In this document: one piece after another, positions 37,087 to 45,524 of the stretch
How positions within the stretch are numbered: the first letter of the stretch is position 1
Layout of the letters: each line of letters opens with the position of its first letter
Origin: an uncultured Nitrospiraceae bacterium
GTDB taxonomy: Bacteria; Nitrospirota; Nitrospiria; Nitrospirales; Nitrospiraceae
Direction of reading: 5' to 3'
DNA: 64,000 nucleotides
Assembly: GCA_963730935.1 (NCBI GenBank)
Contig: CAVSTP010000004.1
Location: 128,001 to 192,000, forward strand
Notes under the pieces: generated by a model
The model's database searches: none
What the model saw: the letters and a program-made list of their open reading frames with translations, nothing else
Told to the model about the DNA's origin: nothing
Program-made: the position numbers and the translations under genes

Positions 37087-38117
37087 TTGAAACAATTCCC
37101 TTTGATCAGATCTGTGTGCCGGTGACGGAGTCGAGTCAACCAGCGGCTGCGAGACGTGCGGCCGTCTCCTTGGCACAAGACGCAGACTTGGACGAGCCGA
37201 CCGTCGGCCATCTGGCGCTGGTCGTGACCGAGCTGGCCACGAATCTCGTGAAGCATGCGAAAGGCGGAGAGCTGCTGATGCGCCGGCTCGGTGCCGAAGG
37301 ACAGGAAGGCATCGAAGTGCTGTCGCTGGACAAAGGGCCCGGGATTTCCAATGTCGCGCGGTCGCTCGGCGACGGCTATTCGACTGCCGGAAGCTCGGGA
37401 ACGGGATTGGGTGCTGTGCTGCGCAGGGCCGGCGCCTTCGATCTGTACTCCCAGCCGGAGAAGGGCACGGCGGTGGTCGCGCGGGTGTTCGCACAGAGTC
37501 GGACAGGTTCGCCGCATGCCCAATCGGTCGGAGTGGTCCGGCAGGCGAAACACGGTGAAGTCGTCTGCGGCGACAACTGGATTGTCCGTTGGTTCGCGGA
37601 CGGATGGGTGTGCGCAGTGGTGGACGGGCTGGGACATGGTGTGATTGCATCGGACGCCGCGACGGCGGTCATCGACGCGGTGCGCCGCGCCCCGGGCAGG
37701 CTTTCGCCGGTCGAGATCGTGGAAGCGGCCCATCAGGCGGCAAAACCGACGCGGGGAGCGGCATTCGGCGTTGCGGTCCTCGACGAAGCGGCCGGGGTCG
37801 TTCGGTTCGCGGGGGTCGGCAATATTGCGGCGGTGGTCGTGAACGGTGCCGAGCGACGGCATCTCGTCTCCTATAACGGCATCATCGGCCATGAGTACCG
37901 CAAACTCTCGGAGTTCTCGCATCCGTGGCAGGCCCAGTCGGTCTTGATCCTGCATAGCGACGGCATCGCGACCCAGTGGGACCTCGAGCGCTATCCCGGG
38001 CTTCTCGCACGAGACCCCAGCCTCATCGCGGGCGTGCTCTACCGCGATTTCACGCGTGGCCGTGACGATGCCACCTTGGTCGTGCTCAAGACGCGAGGCA
38101 CAGACGGGCTTCAATAG
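37083..38117 (+). CDS. HATPase(RsbT-like)-SpoIIE/PP2C phosphatase fusion (RsbX-like)
   Basis: TELATNLVKHA, DGYSTAGSSGTGLG; PP2C motifs CGD, VDGLGHG, HSDG, DDAT. Confidence 0.87.
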   Translation: MIETIPFDQICVPVTESSQPAAARRAAVSLAQDADLDEPTVGHLALVVTELATNLVKHAKGGELLMRRLGAEGQEGIEVLSLDKGPGISNVARSLGDGYSTAGSSGTGLGAVLRRAGAFDLYSQPEKGTAVVARVFAQSRTGSPHAQSVGVVRQAKHGEVVCGDNWIVRWFADGWVCAVVDGLGHGVIASDAATAVIDAVRRAPGRLSPVEIVEAAHQAAKPTRGAAFGVAVLDEAAGVVRFAGVGNIAAVVVNGAERRHLVSYNGIIGHEYRKLSEFSHPWQAQSVLILHSDGIATQWDLERYPGLLARDPSLIAGVLYRDFTRGRDDATLVVLKTRGTDGLQ

Positions 38118-38125
38118 GAGACGTT

Positions 38126-40309
38126 ATGCCCCAGAGCATCAGTGCCGTCGAAATCAACTATGAAGACGATGTGGTGACCGCTCGGCAGCGGGCGCGGCTG
38201 GTGGCGCGGCTGCTCTCGTTCGACGAGCAGGACCAGACCAGGATCTCGACCGCCCTTTCTGAGATTGCGAGATTGTTCGTGCACTCGAACAAGGGTAGTC
38301 GCATCGAGTTCCAGCTCGAAGGAGCCACCGCTCCACAAGTCTTGCTCATCGAGATCAGCTGGACCCGTGGCGCCGGCGCCAGGGCCCGTGCTGGCGCGGC
38401 CGGGAACGGCGGAACGCTTGGTCCTGAGTGGGAGGGACCGCTCATCGCCGCGCGGCGGCTCATGGATCAGTGCGAAGTGGTAGCCGCTTCGTCGGAGGCG
38501 CGCGAGATCCGTCTGGCGAAAATACTTTCCCCGAAAGCGCCGTTCATTACCGGCAAGACCTTGGATCGGGTCGTCAAGCAGCTGGGGAAGCAAGAACCGC
38601 AGAATCCCATCGAAGAGGTCAGACAGCAAAACCAGGAATTACTCAGAGCCTTGGAGGAGTTGCACGAACGGCAGCAGGAGTTGATCCGCCTCAACGGCGA
38701 GCTGGAAGATACCAATCGTGGCGTGGTCGCGCTCTATGCCGAACTGGATGAGAAGGCGGGGCATTTGCGGCGCGCGGACGAAATGAAATCGCGCTTCCTC
38801 TCCAACATGAGCCATGAATTCAGAACGCCGGTGAATGCGATCCTCGCCTTGTCGCACTTGCTGCTCGAGCACACCGACGGGGAGCTCAACAGCGAGCAGA
38901 CCAAGCAGGTCAACTATATCCGCAAGAGCGGAGAGGACCTGCTGGAACTCGTCAATGACTTGCTGGATTTGGCCAAGATTGAAGCGGGCAAAGTCACCGT
39001 CAAGGTTTCCGAGTTCGAGGTGGCGAATCTCTTCAGCGCCTTGCGTGGTATGCTGCGGCCACTCCTGGTCTCGAACGTCGTGAATCTCGTCTTCGACGAG
39101 CCGGTGGGGATTCCGCTCATGCAGACCGATGAAGGCAAGGTGTCTCAAATTCTCAGGAATTTCATTTCCAATGCGATCAAGTTCACCGAGCGGGGCGAGG
39201 TGCGCGTGGCCGCAGCATTGACGGCAGACGGGCGCTCGGTCGCCTTTTCCGTGGCCGATACGGGCATCGGCATTGCGCAGGACGATCAAGGACGCATTTT
39301 CGAAGAATTTTCCCAGCTCGATCATCCGATTCAACAGCAGGTCAAGGGCACGGGCTTGGGACTTCCACTGTGCCGGAAACTGGCTCAGCTGCTTCGCGGA
39401 TCGGTGGAGCTCACCAGCCGGCCGGGCGAGGGGTCAACGTTCATCGCCACGATCCCTGTGAATTACGCCGTCGATGACATCGAACGGGCCGAGCAGCTCG
39501 AGCCGGTACGGGTGTCGGAGGAGGACGACAGGCTTCCTGTGCTGGTCGTAGAAGACGAACCCGAAACGCGCCTGTTGTACGAGAAGTATCTGCGCGGCAC
39601 GCCGTACAGGCCGATTCCGGCCGGCAGCATCAGGCAGGCCCGTGAACAGTTGCGTCGACACCCCATCGCTGCGGTCGTCCTCGACGTGCTTCTACCCGAT
39701 GAGCCCGCTTGGCAATGGCTCGCAGAGCTCAAGCGTGAAGCAGCAACTGCGAAGTTGCCGATTTTCGTTGTGTCGAGCGTAGAGGATCCACGGAAAGCTC
39801 TCGCGCTCGGAGCAGACGACTATTGCCTCAAGCCTCTGCGGCGAGCGTGGCTGCTCGAACGACTGCAACGGGTGACAAAGCTCGTTCCAGATCCGTCAAA
39901 GAGTGTTCCGCTGGTGCTGATCATCGACGATCAGGAAACCGACCGGTATATCATCCGCCATCGCCTCGACGAATCCGGATGTTCGATCATCGAAGCCACC
40001 GGAGGTGAAGAAGGCCTGCAATTGGCTCGTCAATTGAAGCCGGCCCTGATCCTGCTTGATCTCAATATGCCCGGCATGGACGGTTTTGAAGTCCTTGCTC
40101 GGCTGGCTGAAGATCCCGCCACTGCTCCGCTTTCGGTGACGATTGTCACTTCACAAATTCTGACACCGGAGCAGTACCAGGCGCTCACACATGCCCGTGG
40201 GGTGCTCCTCAAACATGAGTTGTTCCCGGCCGTCTTGCAGCGGGTCTTCCGTGAAGCAGGGCTCGGATATCTCGAGCTGACCGCCCCGGAAACGACCAAG
40301 CCTGCGTAA
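38126..40309 (+). CDS. Stressosome-linked hybrid kinase: degenerate RsbT-like domain-HisKA-HATPase-REC-REC
   Basis: EDDVVTARQRAR...DQTRISTALSEIAR; ELEDTNRGVVALYAELD; MSHEFRTP; GTGLGL; two receivers. Confidence 0.9.
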   Translation: MPQSISAVEINYEDDVVTARQRARLVARLLSFDEQDQTRISTALSEIARLFVHSNKGSRIEFQLEGATAPQVLLIEISWTRGAGARARAGAAGNGGTLGPEWEGPLIAARRLMDQCEVVAASSEAREIRLAKILSPKAPFITGKTLDRVVKQLGKQEPQNPIEEVRQQNQELLRALEELHERQQELIRLNGELEDTNRGVVALYAELDEKAGHLRRADEMKSRFLSNMSHEFRTPVNAILALSHLLLEHTDGELNSEQTKQVNYIRKSGEDLLELVNDLLDLAKIEAGKVTVKVSEFEVANLFSALRGMLRPLLVSNVVNLVFDEPVGIPLMQTDEGKVSQILRNFISNAIKFTERGEVRVAAALTADGRSVAFSVADTGIGIAQDDQGRIFEEFSQLDHPIQQQVKGTGLGLPLCRKLAQLLRGSVELTSRPGEGSTFIATIPVNYAVDDIERAEQLEPVRVSEEDDRLPVLVVEDEPETRLLYEKYLRGTPYRPIPAGSIRQAREQLRRHPIAAVVLDVLLPDEPAWQWLAELKREAATAKLPIFVVSSVEDPRKALALGADDYCLKPLRRAWLLERLQRVTKLVPDPSKSVPLVLIIDDQETDRYIIRHRLDESGCSIIEATGGEEGLQLARQLKPALILLDLNMPGMDGFEVLARLAEDPATAPLSVTIVTSQILTPEQYQALTHARGVLLKHELFPAVLQRVFREAGLGYLELTAPETTKPA

Positions 40310-40338
40310 CCCATCACAATTCTGAAAGGCAAGCGTAC

Positions 40339-42828
40339 ATGGAAGCCGTTCGGCAGAGCGAACAACATCTGGAGATGATCAGCAACACCGTGCCGGCTCT
40401 GATTTCTTACGTCGATAGGGATCTCTGTTACCGCACGTGCAATGAGGCCTATCTCAAGTGGTTCGGTGTGTCGCGTGAGGACGTCATTGGAAAGCCGGTT
40501 CGAGAGATTTTGGGTGAAGAGGCCTGGTCGACCGTGCTCCCCTATGTCGAGGCGGGATTTGCCGGCGAGACGGTCGACTATGAAATAGACGTTAACTATC
40601 TGCGGGCTGGAAGGCGCTGGATACACGCCGTCTATACCCCCCATCGGAATGCTCTCGGAGAGGTGATCGGCCTCGTGGTCATGGTGACCGACATTACGGC
40701 GCGCAAGCGGGCCGAGGAGGCGCTTCGCGAAGGCGACGAGCGTTTCCGGGCCGTCGCCAACCAGGCCACCGTCGGTGTGACACGCACGGACCTGACCGGA
40801 CGCTTTACCTTCGCGAACCCCAGGTACTGCGAGATTGTGGGCTATACACAAGCGGAACTTCTCGAGATGCGCACGGAGGACATTACCCACGCGGAGGATC
40901 TGCCAGGCAATCGCGAACAGTTCCATCGACTCGTCGACGGGGGTGCGGATTTCGTCATCGAGGAACGCGATATCCGCAAAGACGGCCGCGTGATCTGGGT
41001 GAACAACAGCGTGAGCGGCGTGCGCGACGCCAATGGGCAGCTCAAGGGCGCATTGGCGGTCACGCTTGACATTACCCAGCGCCGTCGGCAGGAACTTGAG
41101 CTCGCGCATCGAAGCCGCCAGCAAGTGCTCATGTATGAATTGGCGGAGGTAGTGAACCATGCTGATGTGCTTGACGATCTCTATCAAAAGGCGCTGGACG
41201 TCATTACCGCTTCACTGAACGCCCACCGCGGTTCCATTCTCTTGCTCGATCCCGACGGTGTGATGCGGTTCAAGGCCTGGCGAGACCTCTCGGAGCCGTA
41301 CCGCCGCGCGGTAGAAGGGCACAGCCCTTGGACTCGGGAGGAGCGCATCCCTAGGCCGATTCACGTGAGCGATGTGACGGAAGCGGCTCTCGACGCCCCC
41401 CTGGCGGACGTGATCCGGCGGGAGGGGATTCGAGCGTTGAGCTACATCCCCCTGACCTCCGGCGGCCGGTTGATCGGAGAATTCATGGTCTATTTCGACC
41501 TGCCTTACGTCATGAGCGATGAAGACCGCAGCCTGGCGCAGGCCATTGCCGGGACGTTGGCTATCGGCATCGAGCGCAAAACGGCTGAGGCCCAACTTCG
41601 GCAGCAGCAGGGCCAGCTCCAGGCGTTTGCCGATCAATTGGAGCAGCTGGTGAACAAGCGGACGCAGGAATTGGTTCAATCCCGTGATCAGCTGCGTGCG
41701 TTGGCCAAGGAGCTCAATCTGGCCGAGCAGCGTGAACGGAAACGGGTGGCGGCGGAGCTCCACGACTATCTCGCACAATTGCTGGTCCTTGCCAAAATGA
41801 AGCTGGGACAAGGCAAGCGCCTCGCCGACCGGATTCCAGCCTGTGTCGAATTCATCAGGGAAAGCGAAGATGCCTTGGCGGAGGCCCTGACCTACACCAG
41901 GACATTGGTGGCTGATCTGAGCCCGCCCGTGCTTCATGATTTTGGCCTACCGACCGCGCTGGGCTGGCTGGGTCAACAGATGGAGCGTCACCAATTGAAG
42001 GTTGCAGTCCGCGTGGCGCAGGACGTTCATCCCAAGCTGCCGACCGATCGCGCATTGCTGGTCTTTCAATCGGTGCGAGAGCTGCTGATGAATATTGCCA
42101 AGCACAGCGGCACGGGAGAAGCGTTTCTTTCGCTCGCGCAATCCGGCGGCTATCTCCGCATCGAGGTCCGGGACGAGGGAAAGGGTTTTACCGTTGCGCC
42201 TGAATCGGGAGCCTCGACCAAGTTCGGCTTGTTCAGTATCCGCGAACGAATGAGAGCGCTGGGCGGCACCTTCGACATCGATTCGGCTCCCGGGAAGGGA
42301 ACGACAGCGGTGTTGACCTTGCCATTTGACGACGAAAGGGTGACGGAATGTGAGCTTGTCGAAGCAGAAGTGGAAGGTGAGGAGCCTGTCAACGCCTTAC
42401 GCCGGTTCGATCCTGCGTTGTTCCAGGGGCAGCATTCCTCGTCCTCTCAGCACGGCACAGAGCCCATCCGTGTGTTGTTGGTTGACGACCACGCCATGGT
42501 CCGTCAGGGACTCCGCAGCGTGCTGGACGATTATGCGGACATCGAAGTGGTCGGAGAAGCGGCCAACGGTGAGGAGGGGGTCGCCATGACCGACCGGCTT
42601 CGCCCCTCGCTGGTGCTGATGGACATCAACATGCCGAAGATGAGCGGAGTCGACGCGACCGCTCACATCAAAGCCCGCCATCCCGGGATCGTGGTCATCG
42701 GCCTATCGGTACAAGCGGGTCATGAACCACACTTGGCCATGTTGAAGGCTGGAGCGACAAGACTGCTGACGAAGGAAGCGGCGGTCGATCAACTCCATCA
42801 CGCGATTCTACAGGCCCTGAACAGGTAG
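40339..42828 (+). CDS. PAS-PAS-GAF-HisKA_3-HATPase-REC hybrid kinase
   Basis: Two [43 protein letters not shown] receiver. Confidence 0.9.
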   Translation: MEAVRQSEQHLEMISNTVPALISYVDRDLCYRTCNEAYLKWFGVSREDVIGKPVREILGEEAWSTVLPYVEAGFAGETVDYEIDVNYLRAGRRWIHAVYTPHRNALGEVIGLVVMVTDITARKRAEEALREGDERFRAVANQATVGVTRTDLTGRFTFANPRYCEIVGYTQAELLEMRTEDITHAEDLPGNREQFHRLVDGGADFVIEERDIRKDGRVIWVNNSVSGVRDANGQLKGALAVTLDITQRRRQELELAHRSRQQVLMYELAEVVNHADVLDDLYQKALDVITASLNAHRGSILLLDPDGVMRFKAWRDLSEPYRRAVEGHSPWTREERIPRPIHVSDVTEAALDAPLADVIRREGIRALSYIPLTSGGRLIGEFMVYFDLPYVMSDEDRSLAQAIAGTLAIGIERKTAEAQLRQQQGQLQAFADQLEQLVNKRTQELVQSRDQLRALAKELNLAEQRERKRVAAELHDYLAQLLVLAKMKLGQGKRLADRIPACVEFIRESEDALAEALTYTRTLVADLSPPVLHDFGLPTALGWLGQQMERHQLKVAVRVAQDVHPKLPTDRALLVFQSVRELLMNIAKHSGTGEAFLSLAQSGGYLRIEVRDEGKGFTVAPESGASTKFGLFSIRERMRALGGTFDIDSAPGKGTTAVLTLPFDDERVTECELVEAEVEGEEPVNALRRFDPALFQGQHSSSSQHGTEPIRVLLVDDHAMVRQGLRSVLDDYADIEVVGEAANGEEGVAMTDRLRPSLVLMDINMPKMSGVDATAHIKARHPGIVVIGLSVQAGHEPHLAMLKAGATRLLTKEAAVDQLHHAILQALNR

Positions 42829-42870
42829 CCGAGATGCGACGCTGACGGTGAGACCGCGGTCGCGCTCCGT

Positions 42871-43344
42871 CTACGGGGTATGACCGTAGCCGGCGGCCCA
42901 CGCAATGTCGACGATCTGTCTGGTGGACTCAGCGGCTGGAATTACATCGTCGAACATCGTGCTGTACGAGTCCTGCATCAGGGATTGGAATTCAGGAAAT
43001 TGCGCAGACGGTACGCCAGCCAGGGTCGCCAGCGACACAAGATATTCGCCGTGGCCGCGTGAAATGTCCGAACGGAGATTGTCGTACGACGACGCGGTGA
43101 ACACTTGCAGACGTTTCTTTGCCCGCAAGGGATTCTGAGCGCCTCCCGCACCTGGTGTTGTGCTTGAGGTGAAGTCCGTCACCGCTCTGGTGATATCTGC
43201 AGCGGCAGCGGTTGTCCCATTGGTTATGTCTGTGGTCGCGACGAAGGGTGCCTCCAACAGTTGGGTCGTCGCATTCGTGACGCATCCGTCTGATGCCAAC
43301 AAGACGCCGATGCACAGAACAGCCCGCCAATCTATGGTTCTCAT
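42871..43344 (-). CDS. DUF3015-like exported protein/lipoprotein
   Basis: ATG 43344 follows GAGGAGGAG; TDFTSSTTP and YDNLRSDISRGHGEYLVSLATLAGV motifs. Confidence 0.65.
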   Translation of the reverse strand: MRTIDWRAVLCIGVLLASDGCVTNATTQLLEAPFVATTDITNGTTAAAADITRAVTDFTSSTTPGAGGAQNPLRAKKRLQVFTASSYDNLRSDISRGHGEYLVSLATLAGVPSAQFPEFQSLMQDSYSTMFDDVIPAAESTRQIVDIAWAAGYGHTP

Positions 43345-43472
43345 TTGCTCCTCCTCATGAACCTCTAAGTATTGACATACCTGGTTGAGCGTCCGGATAC
43401 GCCTGGGAAGACCCCCTAAGTTTGAATCTTGGTGCTGAACGCTAGCGATCAGAAATGATTTGCTCGATGGGA

Positions 43473-43488
43473 CTAGGGTCCTTCCCAG
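43473..43488. promoter_or_regulatory. Putative operator palindrome in the divergent promoter upstream of treZ
   Basis: CTAGGG TCCT TCCCAG; arms identical to the 7176 copy. Confidence 0.55.
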
Positions 43489-43601
43489 GCTTGCCTCCTG
43501 CACGGGAATGATAAATCTGGAATTTGCAATGAGGAACGAGTCTGTGCTCTATCCTCACACATCTACGTTCCATATCCACACTCCATAATTAGTGAGTTCA
43601 G

Positions 43602-45509
43602 ATGACCATCACGACTTCTTCGATCAATGTTATTGGTGAGCACGCAACATCTTCCACGACCTGGCAGATGACGCTGGGCGCACAGGTGGAACCGGTCGGG
43701 GTCCGGTTTCGTGTCTGGGCCCCGAAACGGGCCCGCGTGGACGTCGTCCTTGAAGACGACGGACGCAGCTTCCCCCTGCTGAAAGACGAAGCAGGCTATT
43801 TCTCGGGCCTCGTGCCCATTGCCACGGCGGGCATGCGGTACCGCTACCGGCTGGATAACGGAGAGGCCTATCCGGATCCCTGTTCACGCTTTCAACCCGA
43901 GGGCCCCCACGGGCCTTCGCTGATCGTCGACCCCTCGGCGTACGAATGGCGCACCCAACAATGGCCCGGCGTGCGGATGCCGGGCCAGGTGATCTATGAG
44001 CTGCATGTCGGCACCTTTACGCCCGAAGGTACGCTCGATGCCTTGATTGGACAGCTGGATGAACTGAAAGAGTGTGGGGTGACGCTGATTGAATTGATGC
44101 CGATGGCCGAGTTTCCCGGTCGGTGGAATTGGGGGTATGACGGAGTCGCCTTGTTCGCGCCGGCGCATGTCTACGGGGACCCAAACGCGCTGAGGCGCTT
44201 TGTCGACGCCGCCCATGCGCGGGGGCTCGGCGTCATACTCGATGTGGTCTATAACCACTTCGGCCCCGACGGAAACTATTTGCCCGTCTACAGCGACCTG
44301 TATCTGACGGATCGACACCCGAACGAGTGGGGACAAGCCATTAACTATGACGGGCCGGGATCACAGGGCGTCAGAGATTTCGTGCTGCAGAACGCCTGCT
44401 ACTGGATCACGGAATTTCGTCTCGATGGGCTGCGCCTCGATGCCGTGCATGCCATCTACGATGACAGTCCCGTGCATGTGCTGGCGGAGCTGTCGCAGAG
44501 GACTCGGGCTTCGGCAGGCGAGCGGTCGATTGTCCTGATCGCAGAATGCGAATCGCAACTGATCAAGACCGTCCGGCCGATCGAAGAAGGCGGCTGGGCC
44601 CTAGACGGCATATGGAGCGACGACTTCCATCACATCTGCCGAGTCGCCGCGACGGGGAGAAGCGAGGCCTACTACGCTGATTACCGCGGGACCGCCCAGG
44701 AACTACTCTCGGTCATCAAGCGGGGATTCGTCTTTCAGGGCCAGAGGCACGACTGGCAAAAGAAACCGCGGGGCACGGTGGTCAAGCACGAACCGGCGTC
44801 CGCCTTCGTCTTCTACCTGCAGAACCACGATCAGGTGGCCAACCACCTGCACGGAGACCGCATTCATGACATGGTTTCTCCCGCCGGCTACCGGGCGCTG
44901 GTTGCGCTGATGCTGCTCGCACCGGAAACGCCCATGCTGTTCATGGGCCAAGAATTCGCGGCGTCCAGTCCCTTTCTCTTTTTTGCGGATCACCATTCCG
45001 ATCTCGCCGCGAAGGTCTACGAAGGACGGAAGAAGTTTCTCTCCGAGTTTCCTGAGTATGCGACACCCGAGGCGCAGGACGCAGTGCCGGATCCGGCTCA
45101 CGAGTCCACATTCGAGCAGTCGCGATTGGATCTGTCCGAACGGAGACGTCACGCTGCGATTTACCTGCTGCACAAAGACTTACTGCGCCTGCGTCGCGAA
45201 GACCGCGTCCTGGCCCGCCAAGACCGTGCAACGCTCGACGGTGCCGTGCTGAGTACTCACGCCCTGGCGCTCCGATATAGCGCTCCCATGGACGATGACC
45301 GGCTGTTGGTCGTGAATCTGGGGCCGGACCTGAATTTTATTCCTGGGCCGGAGCCGCTGCTGGCTCCGGTCGAAGCTGGGGCCTGGGTCCTCCAATGGTC
45401 GAGCGACCATCCCCGCTATGGTGGTCCCGGTATCATCAATCCGCTGACTGAAGATGGATGGCGCATCCTCGCCGCCAGCGCAACCCTGTTTCGAGCAGTG
45501 AAGCACTAG
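43602..45509 (+). CDS. treZ: Malto-oligosyltrehalose trehalohydrolase
   Basis: FRVWAP, PDPCSRFQPEGPHGPS, IYELHVGTFT, NWGYDG, DVVYNHFGPDGNY, LRLDAVH, QNHDQVAN. Confidence 0.95.
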   Translation: MTITTSSINVIGEHATSSTTWQMTLGAQVEPVGVRFRVWAPKRARVDVVLEDDGRSFPLLKDEAGYFSGLVPIATAGMRYRYRLDNGEAYPDPCSRFQPEGPHGPSLIVDPSAYEWRTQQWPGVRMPGQVIYELHVGTFTPEGTLDALIGQLDELKECGVTLIELMPMAEFPGRWNWGYDGVALFAPAHVYGDPNALRRFVDAAHARGLGVILDVVYNHFGPDGNYLPVYSDLYLTDRHPNEWGQAINYDGPGSQGVRDFVLQNACYWITEFRLDGLRLDAVHAIYDDSPVHVLAELSQRTRASAGERSIVLIAECESQLIKTVRPIEEGGWALDGIWSDDFHHICRVAATGRSEAYYADYRGTAQELLSVIKRGFVFQGQRHDWQKKPRGTVVKHEPASAFVFYLQNHDQVANHLHGDRIHDMVSPAGYRALVALMLLAPETPMLFMGQEFAASSPFLFFADHHSDLAAKVYEGRKKFLSEFPEYATPEAQDAVPDPAHESTFEQSRLDLSERRRHAAIYLLHKDLLRLRREDRVLARQDRATLDGAVLSTHALALRYSAPMDDDRLLVVNLGPDLNFIPGPEPLLAPVEAGAWVLQWSSDHPRYGGPGIINPLTEDGWRILAASATLFRAVKH

Positions 45510-45524
45510 TCTGGAGAGATCGAA

